DNA of 32,135 nucleotides, from IMG/VR virus record IMGVR_UViG_3300011266_000048, positions 1-32,135 of that record, one strand, 5' to 3'. The position numbers were made by a program, and so were the translations under genes. The notes under the pieces were generated by a model. It searched no databases and was not told the DNA's origin. It saw nothing but the letters and a program-made list of their open reading frames with translations. This stretch comes from a virus (Duplodnaviria > Caudoviricetes). Below, piece after piece: positions 14,858 to 25,201 of this stretch. The first letter of the stretch is position 1. Every line of letters begins with the position of its first letter.

Positions 14858-15561
14858 ATGAAAAGTTACCTTACATATCTTGATTATTTTGCTACAGGGG
14901 AAGGACGCATAATTGAAGTTACCATAGTGTATGCAGATAACAACCAAGATGCTATCAAAAAACATGGTGAGATATTTAAATATACTCAAGATATAATGGA
15001 CTATTATGGTCTTGGTATTATAGTATTTCCTCTTTCCAGTGATGATGCAAAAGAAATTCTTTGTGAGTTTGTTAAAGATCCAGAACAAATTATTGATACT
15101 TGGAAACGAGGAGGCTTAGAATTTATTTACAAATTTAAATTTAATCGTTCATGAAACCATATCTTAAAGGATTATATTCTCAACGAGATGCTATTGAAAA
15201 AAAGATTAAGACATTTCAACATAAATGTAAACATGTAAACATTGAAAAGAAACATGAAGCCAATACAGGAAATTATGATCCTTCCTCTGATTGTTATTGG
15301 ACTCATATTAAATGTTTAGATTGTGATAAACGATGGACAGTAAATGGAAGTGTTTAATTACTGCAAGGGTTTATGAATGATGCTAAAAAGATTAAAGCAA
15401 TTCAATTATATCTAGTAGAAACTAGAAAAAAATTAAATGCTGCTCTTGATGAAGATAGTGAATACCTTACTTCTACTGGAAATGGAGTTAATTGTTGTGA
15501 AGCAAATGCAATGTTTCGAGAAGTTGAAACAGAAATTAATACAATTTTAAAAGGCGATTAG
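14858..15561 (+). other. three small hypothetical CDS (14858-15154, 15151-15357, 15373-15561)
   Basis: ORF track; ATGA overlap. Confidence 0.6.
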
Positions 15562-15625
15562 TATAATGGAAGAATAGTTCATTCACACTGAACAGACATT
15601 AGTTCAACTCCAATATCGCCTACCA
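15552..15625 (+). tRNA. tRNA-Val(CAC)
   Basis: GTTCA-TTCACAC-TGAAC, AGGCGAT/ATCGCCT, ACCA; T-stem mismatch. Confidence 0.85.
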
Positions 15626-16219
15626 TTTCAATATGAAGTCTAAATTTGAATGTAATGGAAAACATCGTTATGATAATAAAAAAGATGTTTTGATTGACAT
15701 TAAGATACGTATTGCAGAGTCATATGGTGGGGTTGTAACTTTACGTCCATATAAATGTAAATTTTGTAAAGGTTGGCATATGACTTCTAAGGACTGATGT
15801 ATGTTTATCACGTTGCTAGTTTATGGTACAATTGGAATATTGTGGGCATTATGGATGATTATTTCAATGTTGGATATTTTTGTATCTGAATTTGAAATAG
15901 CGACGTGTGCTATATTGAATTTTTTATTTTGGCCATTAAGTGTAATATTATATGTGGTTAAAGTAAGTATGTTAAAATAATACTAATCATTGGAGGATGC
16001 TATGTCACTGCCAAACGCAGATCAATAAAACGTGAAGATTTTGTTCGTAATTGGGAATTTTATTTAGAATTTCCTAAAATTTTCGAATGTCATGCTGGTC
16101 AATTACCACCACATGATCCAAATGGTGAAGACGGAAAATATAGTTTTCTTTGTTTAGAAAATGGATATAAAATTCCGACACGAGAATGGGAACTTGTAAA
16201 ACGAGCACAAGAAGGAAAA

Positions 16220-16420
16220 ATGTCGGTAAACCTACAAATAAAAATGTGGGCAGAAACCATGTGGGATAATAAATTAGGATGTCTATTGTTTCCTGATGAG
16301 CTTAGAACATATTGTAAAGAAATGCCAAATTGGGTTTTTAAAGCAACCATTGAACAAGCTCAAAAAAGACATTTTAAAGAACATGGATTTATTCCTACGT
16401 TTTTGAAAGATAATTCATAG
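16220..16420 (+). CDS. hypothetical protein (true start may lie upstream)
   Basis: ORF track. Confidence 0.5.
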   Translation: MSVNLQIKMWAETMWDNKLGCLLFPDELRTYCKEMPNWVFKATIEQAQKRHFKEHGFIPTFLKDNS

Positions 16421-16492
16421 GCGTGTAGTATAAAAATAGAACAGCACATTGACACTGTGCAGGCAATGGAGTGTTACCATTCACGCCTACCA
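16419..16492 (+). tRNA. tRNA-Val(GAC), non-canonical D and T loops
   Basis: GCACA-TTGACAC-TGTGC, AGGCGTG/CACGCCT, T-loop AGTGTTA, ACCA. Confidence 0.88.
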
Positions 16493-16504
16493 AATTTAAA
16501 AGTT

Positions 16505-16681
16505 ATGAATAAATCGAGACGACAAATTGCAGATAATGCATTGGAATATATAAGTAATTATCTTGAAAATGCTGGATGGAAATTGGATATAGTTACTCTT
16601 TTTCGAGTAGACCCAGTGACAAATGCAAAATATTCATCTGATACAGCATTTTGTATTCAACTTGCAAGAGATTTAGAATAA
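16505..16681 (+). CDS. hypothetical protein
   Basis: ORF track, first ATG after the tRNA. Confidence 0.55.
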   Translation: MNKSRRQIADNALEYISNYLENAGWKLDIVTLFRVDPVTNAKYSSDTAFCIQLARDLE

Positions 16682-16685
16682 AGTT

Positions 16686-17216
16686 ATGGGAAATTCACGA
16701 AGACTAAGAAGACAATTGAATAAGAAAAGCGTTGAAATCGCAAACAACCTTCAATTGAAGAAACATGAATTGGCTATGCAAATGGTTGCTGAACGAGTAA
16801 AACGGGATGCTGAATTTGCTGCGGATGTTTTGAAAATAGGTGGGGAACTTTTGAGAGCCGATATTAAAAGGGATGCCGAAGAAACTATTTTACGACAAAA
16901 TAAAGAAACACTTCCATCGGAAAATGATCCATCCATAACAGATGATGACCTTGAAACTGCTTTGAAGCAACATTGTATTGGAAAGGGAAATGCTATTCCA
17001 GACGTACGATCAGAAGTTATTGAAGGAATTATAAAAACTGAAATTTTAGATGCTATTAAAAAACATCGTGAGACAAGCACAGAACAACTTGAAAATGTTC
17101 CAGAAGCAATAAGAATTGCCAATGGTGATAGAACTCATGAATTGGTATCGGAAACCACCGATGGTGGGAAAGAAATTTTGGTAGAACCAATTCAAAAAGT
17201 TGGATCATCCTTGTGA
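16686..17216 (+). CDS. hypothetical protein
   Basis: 176-aa ORF. Confidence 0.75.
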   Translation: MGNSRRLRRQLNKKSVEIANNLQLKKHELAMQMVAERVKRDAEFAADVLKIGGELLRADIKRDAEETILRQNKETLPSENDPSITDDDLETALKQHCIGKGNAIPDVRSEVIEGIIKTEILDAIKKHRETSTEQLENVPEAIRIANGDRTHELVSETTDGGKEILVEPIQKVGSSL

Positions 17217-17232
17217 TGAGAAATAATTTAAT

Positions 17233-17308
17233 CGGGACGTAGGATAATGGCTATTCCGCCTGCTTTGGGAGCAGGATATTGTGAGTTCGAGTCTCACCGT
17301 CCCGACCA
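17233..17308 (+). tRNA. tRNA-Pro(TGG)
   Basis: CCTGC-TTTGGGA-GCAGG, CGGGACG/CGTCCCG, ACCA. Confidence 0.95.
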
Positions 17309-17313
17309 AATTT

Positions 17314-17643
17314 ATGAGTTATCATTATTTTGAAATCTATCCTAAAAGTGAATGTGGTCAATCAGACCGAGAACTTTATTTTATTGAATTTACTCAATTT
17401 TTCAAAAATGATCCAATTCATTGGAAACTTTACAAACGTCAGTTTATTCTTCCACCAGATGAATATGAACGATTAAAGAAAGAAACTCCTGAAAATACGG
17501 GTCTTTTAATTATGGGAAATGAAGGTCATCCATGGTGGTTATTAGATGGAGAATTACAACCAGATGGAACAGTTCCTGACAAAAGTTGGCTTTTGTGGAT
17601 GGTAGATGCTTTGAATGAAAAGTCTTCTAAAGAGACTATTTAA
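17314..17643 (+). CDS. hypothetical protein
   Basis: ORF track, first ATG after the tRNA. Confidence 0.7.
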   Translation: MSYHYFEIYPKSECGQSDRELYFIEFTQFFKNDPIHWKLYKRQFILPPDEYERLKKETPENTGLLIMGNEGHPWWLLDGELQPDGTVPDKSWLLWMVDALNEKSSKETI

Positions 17644-17737
17644 CTTTAATAGTTATTAACATATGAATATGACAACTCAATTAAAACTTCTTGGTATAGG
17701 TTAGTTCACGCATGAAGCGTGAATTTTCCTATTATCA

Positions 17738-18076
17738 ATGAGAATTCACAACAAATACCTTCGTAATCGTCACTTCCGAATAAAACATTGGAAGCGAATT
17801 TATAAAATATCTCATCCTTATGTAAACACACAAGGAGTATGGTATTGGACATCGGAAGAACAAATTAAATCCAATTTTGATAATATTGCTAAAAAAGCAA
17901 ATTTTATTGAAAATGGAAGCCATAAACATTGGAACCATGCACCAAAATCTTTTCGTAAGATTTTGAACAATTCACGTAAAGCTAAAGAACGTCAAGTTAT
18001 GGTAAAAATCCGCAATGGAGACTATGACTCTGAATTTCCAAAATTCAAACGAGACGCCGATTGGCTTTATTTTTAA
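17738..18076 (+). CDS. basic hypothetical protein
   Basis: ORF track; K/R-rich. Confidence 0.65.
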   Translation: MRIHNKYLRNRHFRIKHWKRIYKISHPYVNTQGVWYWTSEEQIKSNFDNIAKKANFIENGSHKHWNHAPKSFRKILNNSRKAKERQVMVKIRNGDYDSEFPKFKRDADWLYF

Positions 18077-18117
18077 CCTTGACTTTGACATTTGACAAGG
18101 TATCATAGAGATATTCT

Positions 18118-18996
18118 ATGATTACTTTGTCAGAGTCAGGGCAATTCTCTTCTATACAACCTCCCTCAACGACTCCATTTTTAAAATGGGCAGGCGGCAA
18201 AATTCGCCTTTTTAATTACATTCGTCAACAAATGCCATTGTCTATTAACCGATACGTGGAACCATTTGTTGGAGCAGGTTCGATTGCATTAAATATTAAC
18301 GCCCAAGAAACTAACATAAACGACATCAACGAGGATTTGATTTTGGTATGGACAATGGTTAGAGACCATCCTGAATATTTGATTGGTGAATGTAAACCGT
18401 TATTTTCTTATTCTGAATTTCAAACTCCCGAAGGATATTACAAATTACGAACTGCATTTAATGTTGCTCCACTTGGAGTTTATCGTGCAGCATTATTTTT
18501 GTATTTAAATCGGCATTGTTTCAATGGACTATGCCGGTACAATAGCAAGGGAGAATTCAACGTTCCTGTTGGAAAATACAAAACTATAAAATTTCCAGAA
18601 AAAGAAATCAGAGAAATAAGTAAACTTATTCAGAAATGGAATATTTCCTGTAAAGATTTCCAACAGATAATGGGTGAGTTAAAAGAAGGAGATGTTTGTT
18701 ATTGTGACCCTCCATATTATCCATTAAGTAAAACAGCATATTTTAAAGATTATGCTAAAGAAGGATTTACCATAGAACAACATGAAGCATTAGCAAAAGC
18801 TGCTTATAACGCTTCTTTAAAAGGAGCCATTGTATTGGTATCTAATCATAGTACAGAATTTACAAATGAGTTGTATAACAAATATGGTGCCAAAATTCAT
18901 GTAGTAGAAGCTTCCCGAGCCATAGCTGTACGTTCAAAAAATAAAAAAACGGCGACTGAATTGATTGCAATATTTAATCTCACCACGAAATTATGA
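18118..18996 (+). CDS. dam: Dam-family DNA adenine methyltransferase
   Basis: LKWAGGK, YVEPFVGAGS, FNGLCRYN, DPPY motifs. Confidence 0.95.
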   Translation: MITLSESGQFSSIQPPSTTPFLKWAGGKIRLFNYIRQQMPLSINRYVEPFVGAGSIALNINAQETNINDINEDLILVWTMVRDHPEYLIGECKPLFSYSEFQTPEGYYKLRTAFNVAPLGVYRAALFLYLNRHCFNGLCRYNSKGEFNVPVGKYKTIKFPEKEIREISKLIQKWNISCKDFQQIMGELKEGDVCYCDPPYYPLSKTAYFKDYAKEGFTIEQHEALAKAAYNASLKGAIVLVSNHSTEFTNELYNKYGAKIHVVEASRAIAVRSKNKKTATELIAIFNLTTKL

Positions 18997-19352
18997 CAGA
19001 ACAAGAAAAGCTTAAAGCTATTAGAGATAGAGTTCCATTGTTAGATGAAACTATTACAAAACATCATATTTCTTATATGTTGTTGGTGGGATATTTACAA
19101 GTTCTCAATAAAGAAGGAATGGTTACTGAAGGAGAATATAAAATTACTCCGATAGGACAAAACGTTATTGCTATATGTGAAGAATTTGATTGGAAACCTT
19201 CAGATAATGATATTAAAGATTTTGTTCGGGAAATGATGGCCCCCGAAGATTATTTGGTTTTTATACATTTTCTAACTAGATTTAGAGATGATCGAAATGA
19301 ACTACTAAAAGATATAAGAAAGTTTAAAGATACAACCGAAGGATATTTATAG
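18993..19352 (+). CDS. hypothetical protein
   Basis: ORF track; ATGA overlap with dam. Confidence 0.7.
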   Translation: MTEQEKLKAIRDRVPLLDETITKHHISYMLLVGYLQVLNKEGMVTEGEYKITPIGQNVIAICEEFDWKPSDNDIKDFVREMMAPEDYLVFIHFLTRFRDDRNELLKDIRKFKDTTEGYL

Positions 19353-19387
19353 CAAGCGGTTGTTATAAAATAACAATCATTTGTATT

Positions 19388-19831
19388 ATGATACGAAAAT
19401 TATCACTTATTATTACATTCGTGTTACTATTAACATGTGCATCTGCTCAAACTAATAAAGTTACATTGTCATGGTGTTCTTCCCCTGATCGGAAAGTGGT
19501 TGGTTATGTAGTTTGTTATGGGGAAGGAACGAATAATATCAATTGGTCTCCTAGAATTTATTCTACAAATACTCCATGTAATACGACTATTATTTCCGAT
19601 GGATCAAATTGGATTAGAACATACACAGTTGATATTGATGTAGGAAACTCATTACAATGTGAAATCACAAATTTAGTAGCCGGAAAAACATATTATTTTA
19701 CAGTTGTGTCTTATGATTTGTATGGACTTAGAAGTGATTATTCTGATGAAGTAAAATATACAGTATCTGCCACTAAAACTAATTCTGTTCCATCACAACC
19801 TCAGAATTTTCAATTTTGGGATGGTAAATGA
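19388..19831 (+). CDS. secreted fibronectin type III domain protein
   Basis: signal peptide; VTLSW...GYVVCY...ITNLVAGKTYYFTVVSYD. Confidence 0.85.
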   Translation: MIRKLSLIITFVLLLTCASAQTNKVTLSWCSSPDRKVVGYVVCYGEGTNNINWSPRIYSTNTPCNTTIISDGSNWIRTYTVDIDVGNSLQCEITNLVAGKTYYFTVVSYDLYGLRSDYSDEVKYTVSATKTNSVPSQPQNFQFWDGK

Positions 19832-19842
19832 TATTTATAGGT

Positions 19843-20181
19843 ATGAAAAAGGCATTATCTATTTTATTACTTACAATCATGCTTGTAACATCTGTATCTG
19901 CGGTTGATTTGTGGTTTAAATGGACTCCAAATCCTACTAATGAAATGGTAACAAGTTATGTCATTCAACAGGCGTCTGGTAATAGTACCAATTTTTTTGA
20001 TGTAGTTACTGCTCCGGGAACAACTAATGTTTGGCCTATTAGAGGACTTGGAAATGGTAGCTATAAGTTTCGCTTGATAGCTGTTAATGGAGTTGGACGT
20101 TCAATACCATCTTCCGTATTGAGTTATCCTACCAATACACCCTCTCAACCAACGAATTTTCAAATTGTTCCCGGTCCTTAA
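19843..20181 (+). CDS. secreted fibronectin type III domain protein
   Basis: signal peptide; W...SYVI...GLGNGSYKFRLIAVNGVGRS; start by ATATTTAT-N4-ATG. Confidence 0.85.
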   Translation: MKKALSILLLTIMLVTSVSAVDLWFKWTPNPTNEMVTSYVIQQASGNSTNFFDVVTAPGTTNVWPIRGLGNGSYKFRLIAVNGVGRSIPSSVLSYPTNTPSQPTNFQIVPGP

Positions 20182-20184
20182 AGC

Positions 20185-20451
20185 ATGAAAACTGACTGGA
20201 GTACAATAATTAAAGAACGAAGTGGTAAAGTTTCAGCTACTCGTGTTGGATTTCTATTGACATTATTGGTGGTTTTGTTAAATTGGTCATGGATAAATTA
20301 CAACAAAAAAGTTGAAGTTTCTCCATTGCCAGAAAATGTTGTAGGTTTGGTAGTTGGATTGGCGGGTGCAAGAGTTGTACAACGGTATGGGGAAGCAAGA
20401 GAAAAATCAAATGATAATTCTCAAAATTCAACATCTCCTCCAACACAATAA
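20185..20451 (+). CDS. small two-TM membrane protein (holin-like)
   Basis: two hydrophobic segments after SATRV, charged C-tail. Confidence 0.5.
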   Translation: MKTDWSTIIKERSGKVSATRVGFLLTLLVVLLNWSWINYNKKVEVSPLPENVVGLVVGLAGARVVQRYGEAREKSNDNSQNSTSPPTQ

Positions 20452-20462
20452 GTTCTTTGATT

Positions 20463-20816
20463 TTTGTCAAAAGCGACTCTACGCTGATGGGCTTTACCGC
20501 CGTCATCTTTACCGATGACAAACATTAGAGGAAGTTCGATACACTAAAGCAGCCGCTTGGGAGAGTAAATGTTGTCTGGAGCATAGGACTGGTGAAAGTC
20601 CAGTTTATGAGAGATGGTTCACAAGTAATCAGGAAAACGTCCAGCGACTCCATCTTTACTCGCTAAAACCACAAGGTAAGTGCAACCCTAAATCGCCAAG
20701 AGTAGTGCTTCTCGTTATAAGGCAAAGGTTGGGGCAGCAGATTATAAAGATCTGCCGGTTATAAAACCGAGATAAATGTAGAGATAAAACTAAATATCGG
20801 CTATGGCTATGACAAA
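20463..20816 (+). ncRNA. rnpB: RNase P RNA-like
   Basis: P1 TTTGTCA/TGACAAA; P4 GAGGAAGTTCGATA pairing with TATCGGCT (bulged U); AGATAAATG near 3' end; about 350 nt. Confidence 0.8.
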
Positions 20817-20909
20817 TTTTTAGATGGGTGCCCGATTGGAATATTCCTTAAGGGCTTGGGCGCAAGTGCCGCATCCCTGTGAAATAATATGCACTACTCA
20901 TCTTTTTAT

Positions 20910-20972
20910 GCCCGTGGTCGGATAGGGTTGCCATGATTTCCTCCGATGCATTTAAGTGACACATGGGCACCA
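20910..20972 (+). ncRNA. short tRNA-like hairpin ending ACCA
   Basis: GCCCGTG/CATGGGC-A-CCA, no canonical D, T or anticodon arms. Confidence 0.45.
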
Positions 20973-20974
20973 AT

Positions 20975-21048
20975 GGGGCTGTCGTTCAACGGTAGGACAG
21001 TTCATTCGCACTGAACAGATAAGGGTTCAATTCCCTTTAGCTCCACCA
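20975..21048 (+). tRNA. tRNA-Ala(CGC)
   Basis: G3-U70, GTTCA-TTCGCAC-TGAAC, ACCA. Confidence 0.93.
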
Positions 21049-21054
21049 ATTTTC

Positions 21055-21082
21055 TTGACATTTTTTACATTTCCGATATTGT
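21055..21082 (+). promoter_or_regulatory. sigma70-like promoter (leaderless)
   Basis: TTGACA-N16-TATTGT, 7 nt before ATG 21090. Confidence 0.6.
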
Positions 21083-21089
21083 AAAAGAC

Positions 21090-21701
21090 ATGAAACTTCA
21101 AATCATTGGAGATGGTTCGTTTGGCTCCTTTCTTAAGGAGATCCTTGCTCCGCATTTTGAAATTCTTCCCGAAGCTGACAGCGTAATCTTAGCAGTCCCA
21201 TTTTCAGCATATGAAAATGTGGCGTCAAGTAACGAGGGCAAACATTTGATTAACGTATGTAGTGTCCAAAAACCTTCTACCGATATTTGTTTAAAATATA
21301 GTGATAGAGTGACAAGTTTACATCCTTTGTTTGGACGAAGAACTCCTATAGAAAAACGAAATACAATTTGGACTTATTCATATACGGCTGACAATGATAC
21401 GTGGCTTTCACAAGTTGATACTGAAGTAGAATTCCACAACTTGTTTATGCAAGTATCCCGCATACATTTATCTTTCAATGGAAAGTTTTTTACTCCTGAG
21501 TCCCATGATGTTCTCATGGCAAAAACTCACATTGCAGCATTGTTAGGTGCCCAACAGTTAAAAATATTTGTTGATAGAGCAAAGGACATTCCTGACGAAC
21601 TTATTCCTAATTCTTTTAGGTTAATGCGAGAGTTCGTAAAAACTTTGGAGGATATGCCTTCGGGCACAATTGATAGCATTTTGGCAAACCCCTACGTATG
21701 A
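21090..21701 (+). CDS. prephenate/arogenate dehydrogenase-like (TyrA family)
   Basis: IIGDGSFG Rossmann, ADSVILAVP, VCSVQ, SLHPLFG, TPESHD motifs. Confidence 0.75.
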   Translation: MKLQIIGDGSFGSFLKEILAPHFEILPEADSVILAVPFSAYENVASSNEGKHLINVCSVQKPSTDICLKYSDRVTSLHPLFGRRTPIEKRNTIWTYSYTADNDTWLSQVDTEVEFHNLFMQVSRIHLSFNGKFFTPESHDVLMAKTHIAALLGAQQLKIFVDRAKDIPDELIPNSFRLMREFVKTLEDMPSGTIDSILANPYV

Positions 21702-22147
21702 TTTACTGGTTCATTGGACAACCCGGCTGTGGCAAGACTTCTCTTGCTCGTGAATTAAAAGCGCGATTTGACGCTACTGGAGTTCCTGCGGTTCATCTTG
21801 ACGGAGATGATTTACGAAACATTTTTGGTGGAACATACAAAACTGAGCATTTTACAAAAGAATATCGTGATAACAATACACGTAAACTTCAAGTTTTTGT
21901 AGAATACTTAGAACATCAAGGTATTAATGTAATTGTTTCTACCGTTAATTCTGATCGTCTAATTCGTGAAGAACTTAAATCCAGAAATCCTAATGTTCGT
22001 GAAATTTATGTTATTAATTCGGGGAAACATGTCCGTGAAGAACGAAAATATAATGACTTTGAGGAACCAATAACAAATTTTATTACTGTAGATACAAATG
22101 GGTTAACAGTTGAAGATGCACTTCGTAATATTTGGCCAACTTTGTGA
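21698..22147 (+). CDS. cysC: adenylyl-sulfate kinase-like
   Basis: IYWFIGQPGCGKT P-loop, LDGDDLR, FEEP. Confidence 0.75.
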   Translation: MIYWFIGQPGCGKTSLARELKARFDATGVPAVHLDGDDLRNIFGGTYKTEHFTKEYRDNNTRKLQVFVEYLEHQGINVIVSTVNSDRLIREELKSRNPNVREIYVINSGKHVREERKYNDFEEPITNFITVDTNGLTVEDALRNIWPTL

Positions 22148-23844
22148 AACCTATACCTAACTCTCTTAAAAGTAAATGGTCTTGTAAAGAACCATTACAT
22201 GTTAAAAAATCGGATAATCGTTACAAACGATTTAAACGTCAACTTCAGAAAAATGGTTTTTGTGACTCTGAAACATGGGGATTGGATAGTGTAATTTCAG
22301 AATTCATTTTACCAAGATTACAACGTTTTAAAATGTTGAACAATGGTTATCCCATGGGGTTTTCAACTGAACAATGGGATGCAACACTTGATAAGATGAT
22401 TTTTGCATTTGATTGGTCTCTTAATTGTGAGGAGGACAAATACAAAGACTTGAAAAAGGAAGAGCAAGACGCCAATTGGGAAAAGTATAAAGAAGGGATG
22501 CAGTTGTTCGCAACATACTTCCGAGACCTTTGGTGGTAATAATTTATGAACCGAAGACAATTTCTATCTTCTATTGGAATATTGGTGTCCGGAACAAGCA
22601 TAGGGTTATCTATCCCTACTAATGATAATACCTTAAGCCAAAATAAAGACCTATTTGAAATTTTCTCCCCTGCGGAAATCAAGAAGAGATTTGGAACAAA
22701 TGCCTATGTTTCCACACCAGTTTTTACAAAAAATGAGATAAGTTATTGCGTTAAAACATACCGATTAGAATTGAGAGCAACGCATGATTTTATACATAGT
22801 TATTTCCCAAAAAATAGAAATCGGATGTGTGAAGTTCAATTTATTGCTAAGTCGGATATTGTATATCGGTTGAAATTAAACTACATCCACTCCGTTCGGT
22901 TCGGAACCAGTCCAATCGATCCCGGTCCACATATGGAGGATGAGTGTCGTTGGGTGTATCCGGCATATGTAAGGGGAGTAAGAATATGAAATGTAAATGC
23001 GGTTGCGAGATGAAAGGCATTTTAACTTGGGATGATGATCAATGCACGGATATTGCAATCAATGCCAGTGTTTGTGAACGATGTGGGATGATTTTCAAAG
23101 AAACACCAACTGCTGTTATTGGATATAGAGAACTTTGGATACCACCGACATTAACGACATTAGAGAACGATGAAGAAATAACAGCGTGGATTAAAAAATA
23201 TGAAAGTCATTAGAGTAATAGAAAAAGAAATTGACCGATGTTTTCATCAATGTCCATATTTTAGTAATAATGGAAACGAAATGGTATGTGAACATCCAAA
23301 GGCGGAAGATAACGGATATATCATTTCCCATCCTCAATGTACAATCGGATTTCCAAATCAATGCCCGCTAACGAAAACAGATGATCGGTGGTGAAATGCT
23401 ATGAAAGATCAAAAATTACCGTTCGGTAATATAACCGACGATACACATCAAAACTGTTTACAAAATTCCCGGTCGGGAACAACTTGTGGTCATTGTGGAA
23501 AAGAATTACCAAAAGGATTGGACTATTTTAGAGTCACAAAAGTATATCCAATTTGTCGAGAATGTGGGGATGAAGACTTGGAAGATTTGGTTCAACCAGA
23601 AATGAGTACAGCAACAATTGATTGGACTCCTATTGAAAAATTGACGATTACCTCAGAGATGGAAAACTGGGAACTTCTCTTATATGTTGAACAGACAAAG
23701 ATGTGTGCTTTGAAAGTTCCACGAGTCGTAACCGCAAACATTACTGACGGGAAAATTAAAGTCTGTTACTCTCATAAATTGAACAATGATGATTGGCGAT
23801 TAAGTAAGATTACGCATTTTGTGTGGCTTAACGAACCCGAATAA
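22132..23844 (+). other. five hypothetical CDS (22132-22539, 22546-22989, 22986-23213, 23200-23394, 23401-23844)
   Basis: ORF track; 22546 begins MNRRQFL (twin-arginine signal). Confidence 0.65.
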
Positions 23845-23883
23845 AATAAGTCATTTTTTCATTTCATACTAATATGTATATGT

Positions 23884-24669
23884 ATGAAATGGAAACCATG
23901 CGAAACAGAAATACTTAGAAATATCTATAGCAATTCTCCAAGGAAAAAACTATTAGAAACATTTCCGGGTAGAAGCATTGATGCTATAAAGCTTAAAGCG
24001 GGGGCACTTGGGCTAAAAAAGAACATCAACGAGCTAATAGCAGCCGATCTATCTGTTCTGTTACGGGAAACATCAGATGCTTATTATTGGATGGGATTTT
24101 TATATGCAGATGGATATTTTAATCATGACATACGAAGACTAAAATTAACCGTCCAAGAGCGAGATATTCAACACTTAAAAAAATTTTCAAATTTTATAGG
24201 ATGTAATAACATTGGAATATATGAAAAAGAAAATGGACAGAAATATGCTGAGATACGAGTTATGGACCGCTTTACTTTCCCATCTATAGTGAATAAATTC
24301 GGATTGAAACCACGTAAAACGTATAATCCACCCGATAACTTAGAATTTCTTAATCACAATGCCGATCTATTTGTTGCTTTTTTAATTGGATTTATTGATG
24401 CAGATGGCTATATCCAACGAGATAAACGACTATCTCACTTAAACGAAATAAGGATTATCATTAAGCTTCATTCGTCGTGGAAACAAGTTTTAGAAACTCT
24501 TACATCCAAATTGTATTTGTTACTTGGATACAACCCTTCTAAAGTAATAATAAACAATCAGGGATATGCAAAGGTAGGAATTTATCGCAGAGATGTTATT
24601 GAATTTCTTAAACAAAAAATTATACAATTGAAATTACCAGCAATGAATAGAAAATGGTGCTATGAATGA
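23884..24669 (+). CDS. LAGLIDADG homing endonuclease
   Basis: two motifs YWMGFLYADG and FLIGFIDADG. Confidence 0.9.
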   Translation: MKWKPCETEILRNIYSNSPRKKLLETFPGRSIDAIKLKAGALGLKKNINELIAADLSVLLRETSDAYYWMGFLYADGYFNHDIRRLKLTVQERDIQHLKKFSNFIGCNNIGIYEKENGQKYAEIRVMDRFTFPSIVNKFGLKPRKTYNPPDNLEFLNHNADLFVAFLIGFIDADGYIQRDKRLSHLNEIRIIIKLHSSWKQVLETLTSKLYLLLGYNPSKVIINNQGYAKVGIYRRDVIEFLKQKIIQLKLPAMNRKWCYE

Positions 24670-25141
24670 AAAAATGAAAGTTGGAGTTTATTGCGGAAGT
24701 TTTAACCCGTTCCACCTTGGGCATTTATCAGTTGTAAAACAAGCAATTGAAATCTTTCCAAAGTTAATCATTGCCAAAGGCATTAATAGTTCAAAGCTTG
24801 TTTCTGGTAAAATCGTTTCAAAGTATCCTTTACCAACAACCTTTTTGACTACGTTTCGACACGACATTGATGTTGTAGTTGACTCTTACGACACATTGTT
24901 GGTTGATTATATCAAAAAATTGGAACTTGAATATGATGTCACCGTTGTCCGTGGTCTTCGTAATGGTGCTGATTTGGAATACGAACAGAATATCGTGGCA
25001 TTTTTAAGAGGAATGCATCCTCAAATTAAGATTGTTGCCTTCTATTGTGATCCAGCATACCGTCATATTAGTTCCAGTGCATTACGAGATATTGGACATT
25101 TTTCAGAGTCCGAGTATAAAAAATATGTTGTTAGTGATTAA
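24662..25141 (+). CDS. coaD: phosphopantetheine adenylyltransferase
   Basis: GSFNPFHLGH, VRGLRNGADLEYE, ISSS motifs. Confidence 0.88.
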   Translation: MNEKMKVGVYCGSFNPFHLGHLSVVKQAIEIFPKLIIAKGINSSKLVSGKIVSKYPLPTTFLTTFRHDIDVVVDSYDTLLVDYIKKLELEYDVTVVRGLRNGADLEYEQNIVAFLRGMHPQIKIVAFYCDPAYRHISSSALRDIGHFSESEYKKYVVSD

Positions 25142-25144
25142 CTC

Positions 25145-25175
25145 TTGACATTTTCGGTGGGTCTGATATATGTAT
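25145..25175 (+). promoter_or_regulatory. TTGACA box plus ATATGTAT motif upstream of second RNA cluster
   Basis: TTGACA 25145-25150; ATATGTAT 25168-25175. Confidence 0.55.
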
Positions 25176-25201
25176 AAGCAGAATTTTATTGTTCTTTGAA
25201 T

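Noticed and set aside
23884-24669. LAGLIDADG as intein or intron-encoded
   Set aside because: It has its own start motif, no splicing residues and no split flanking gene.
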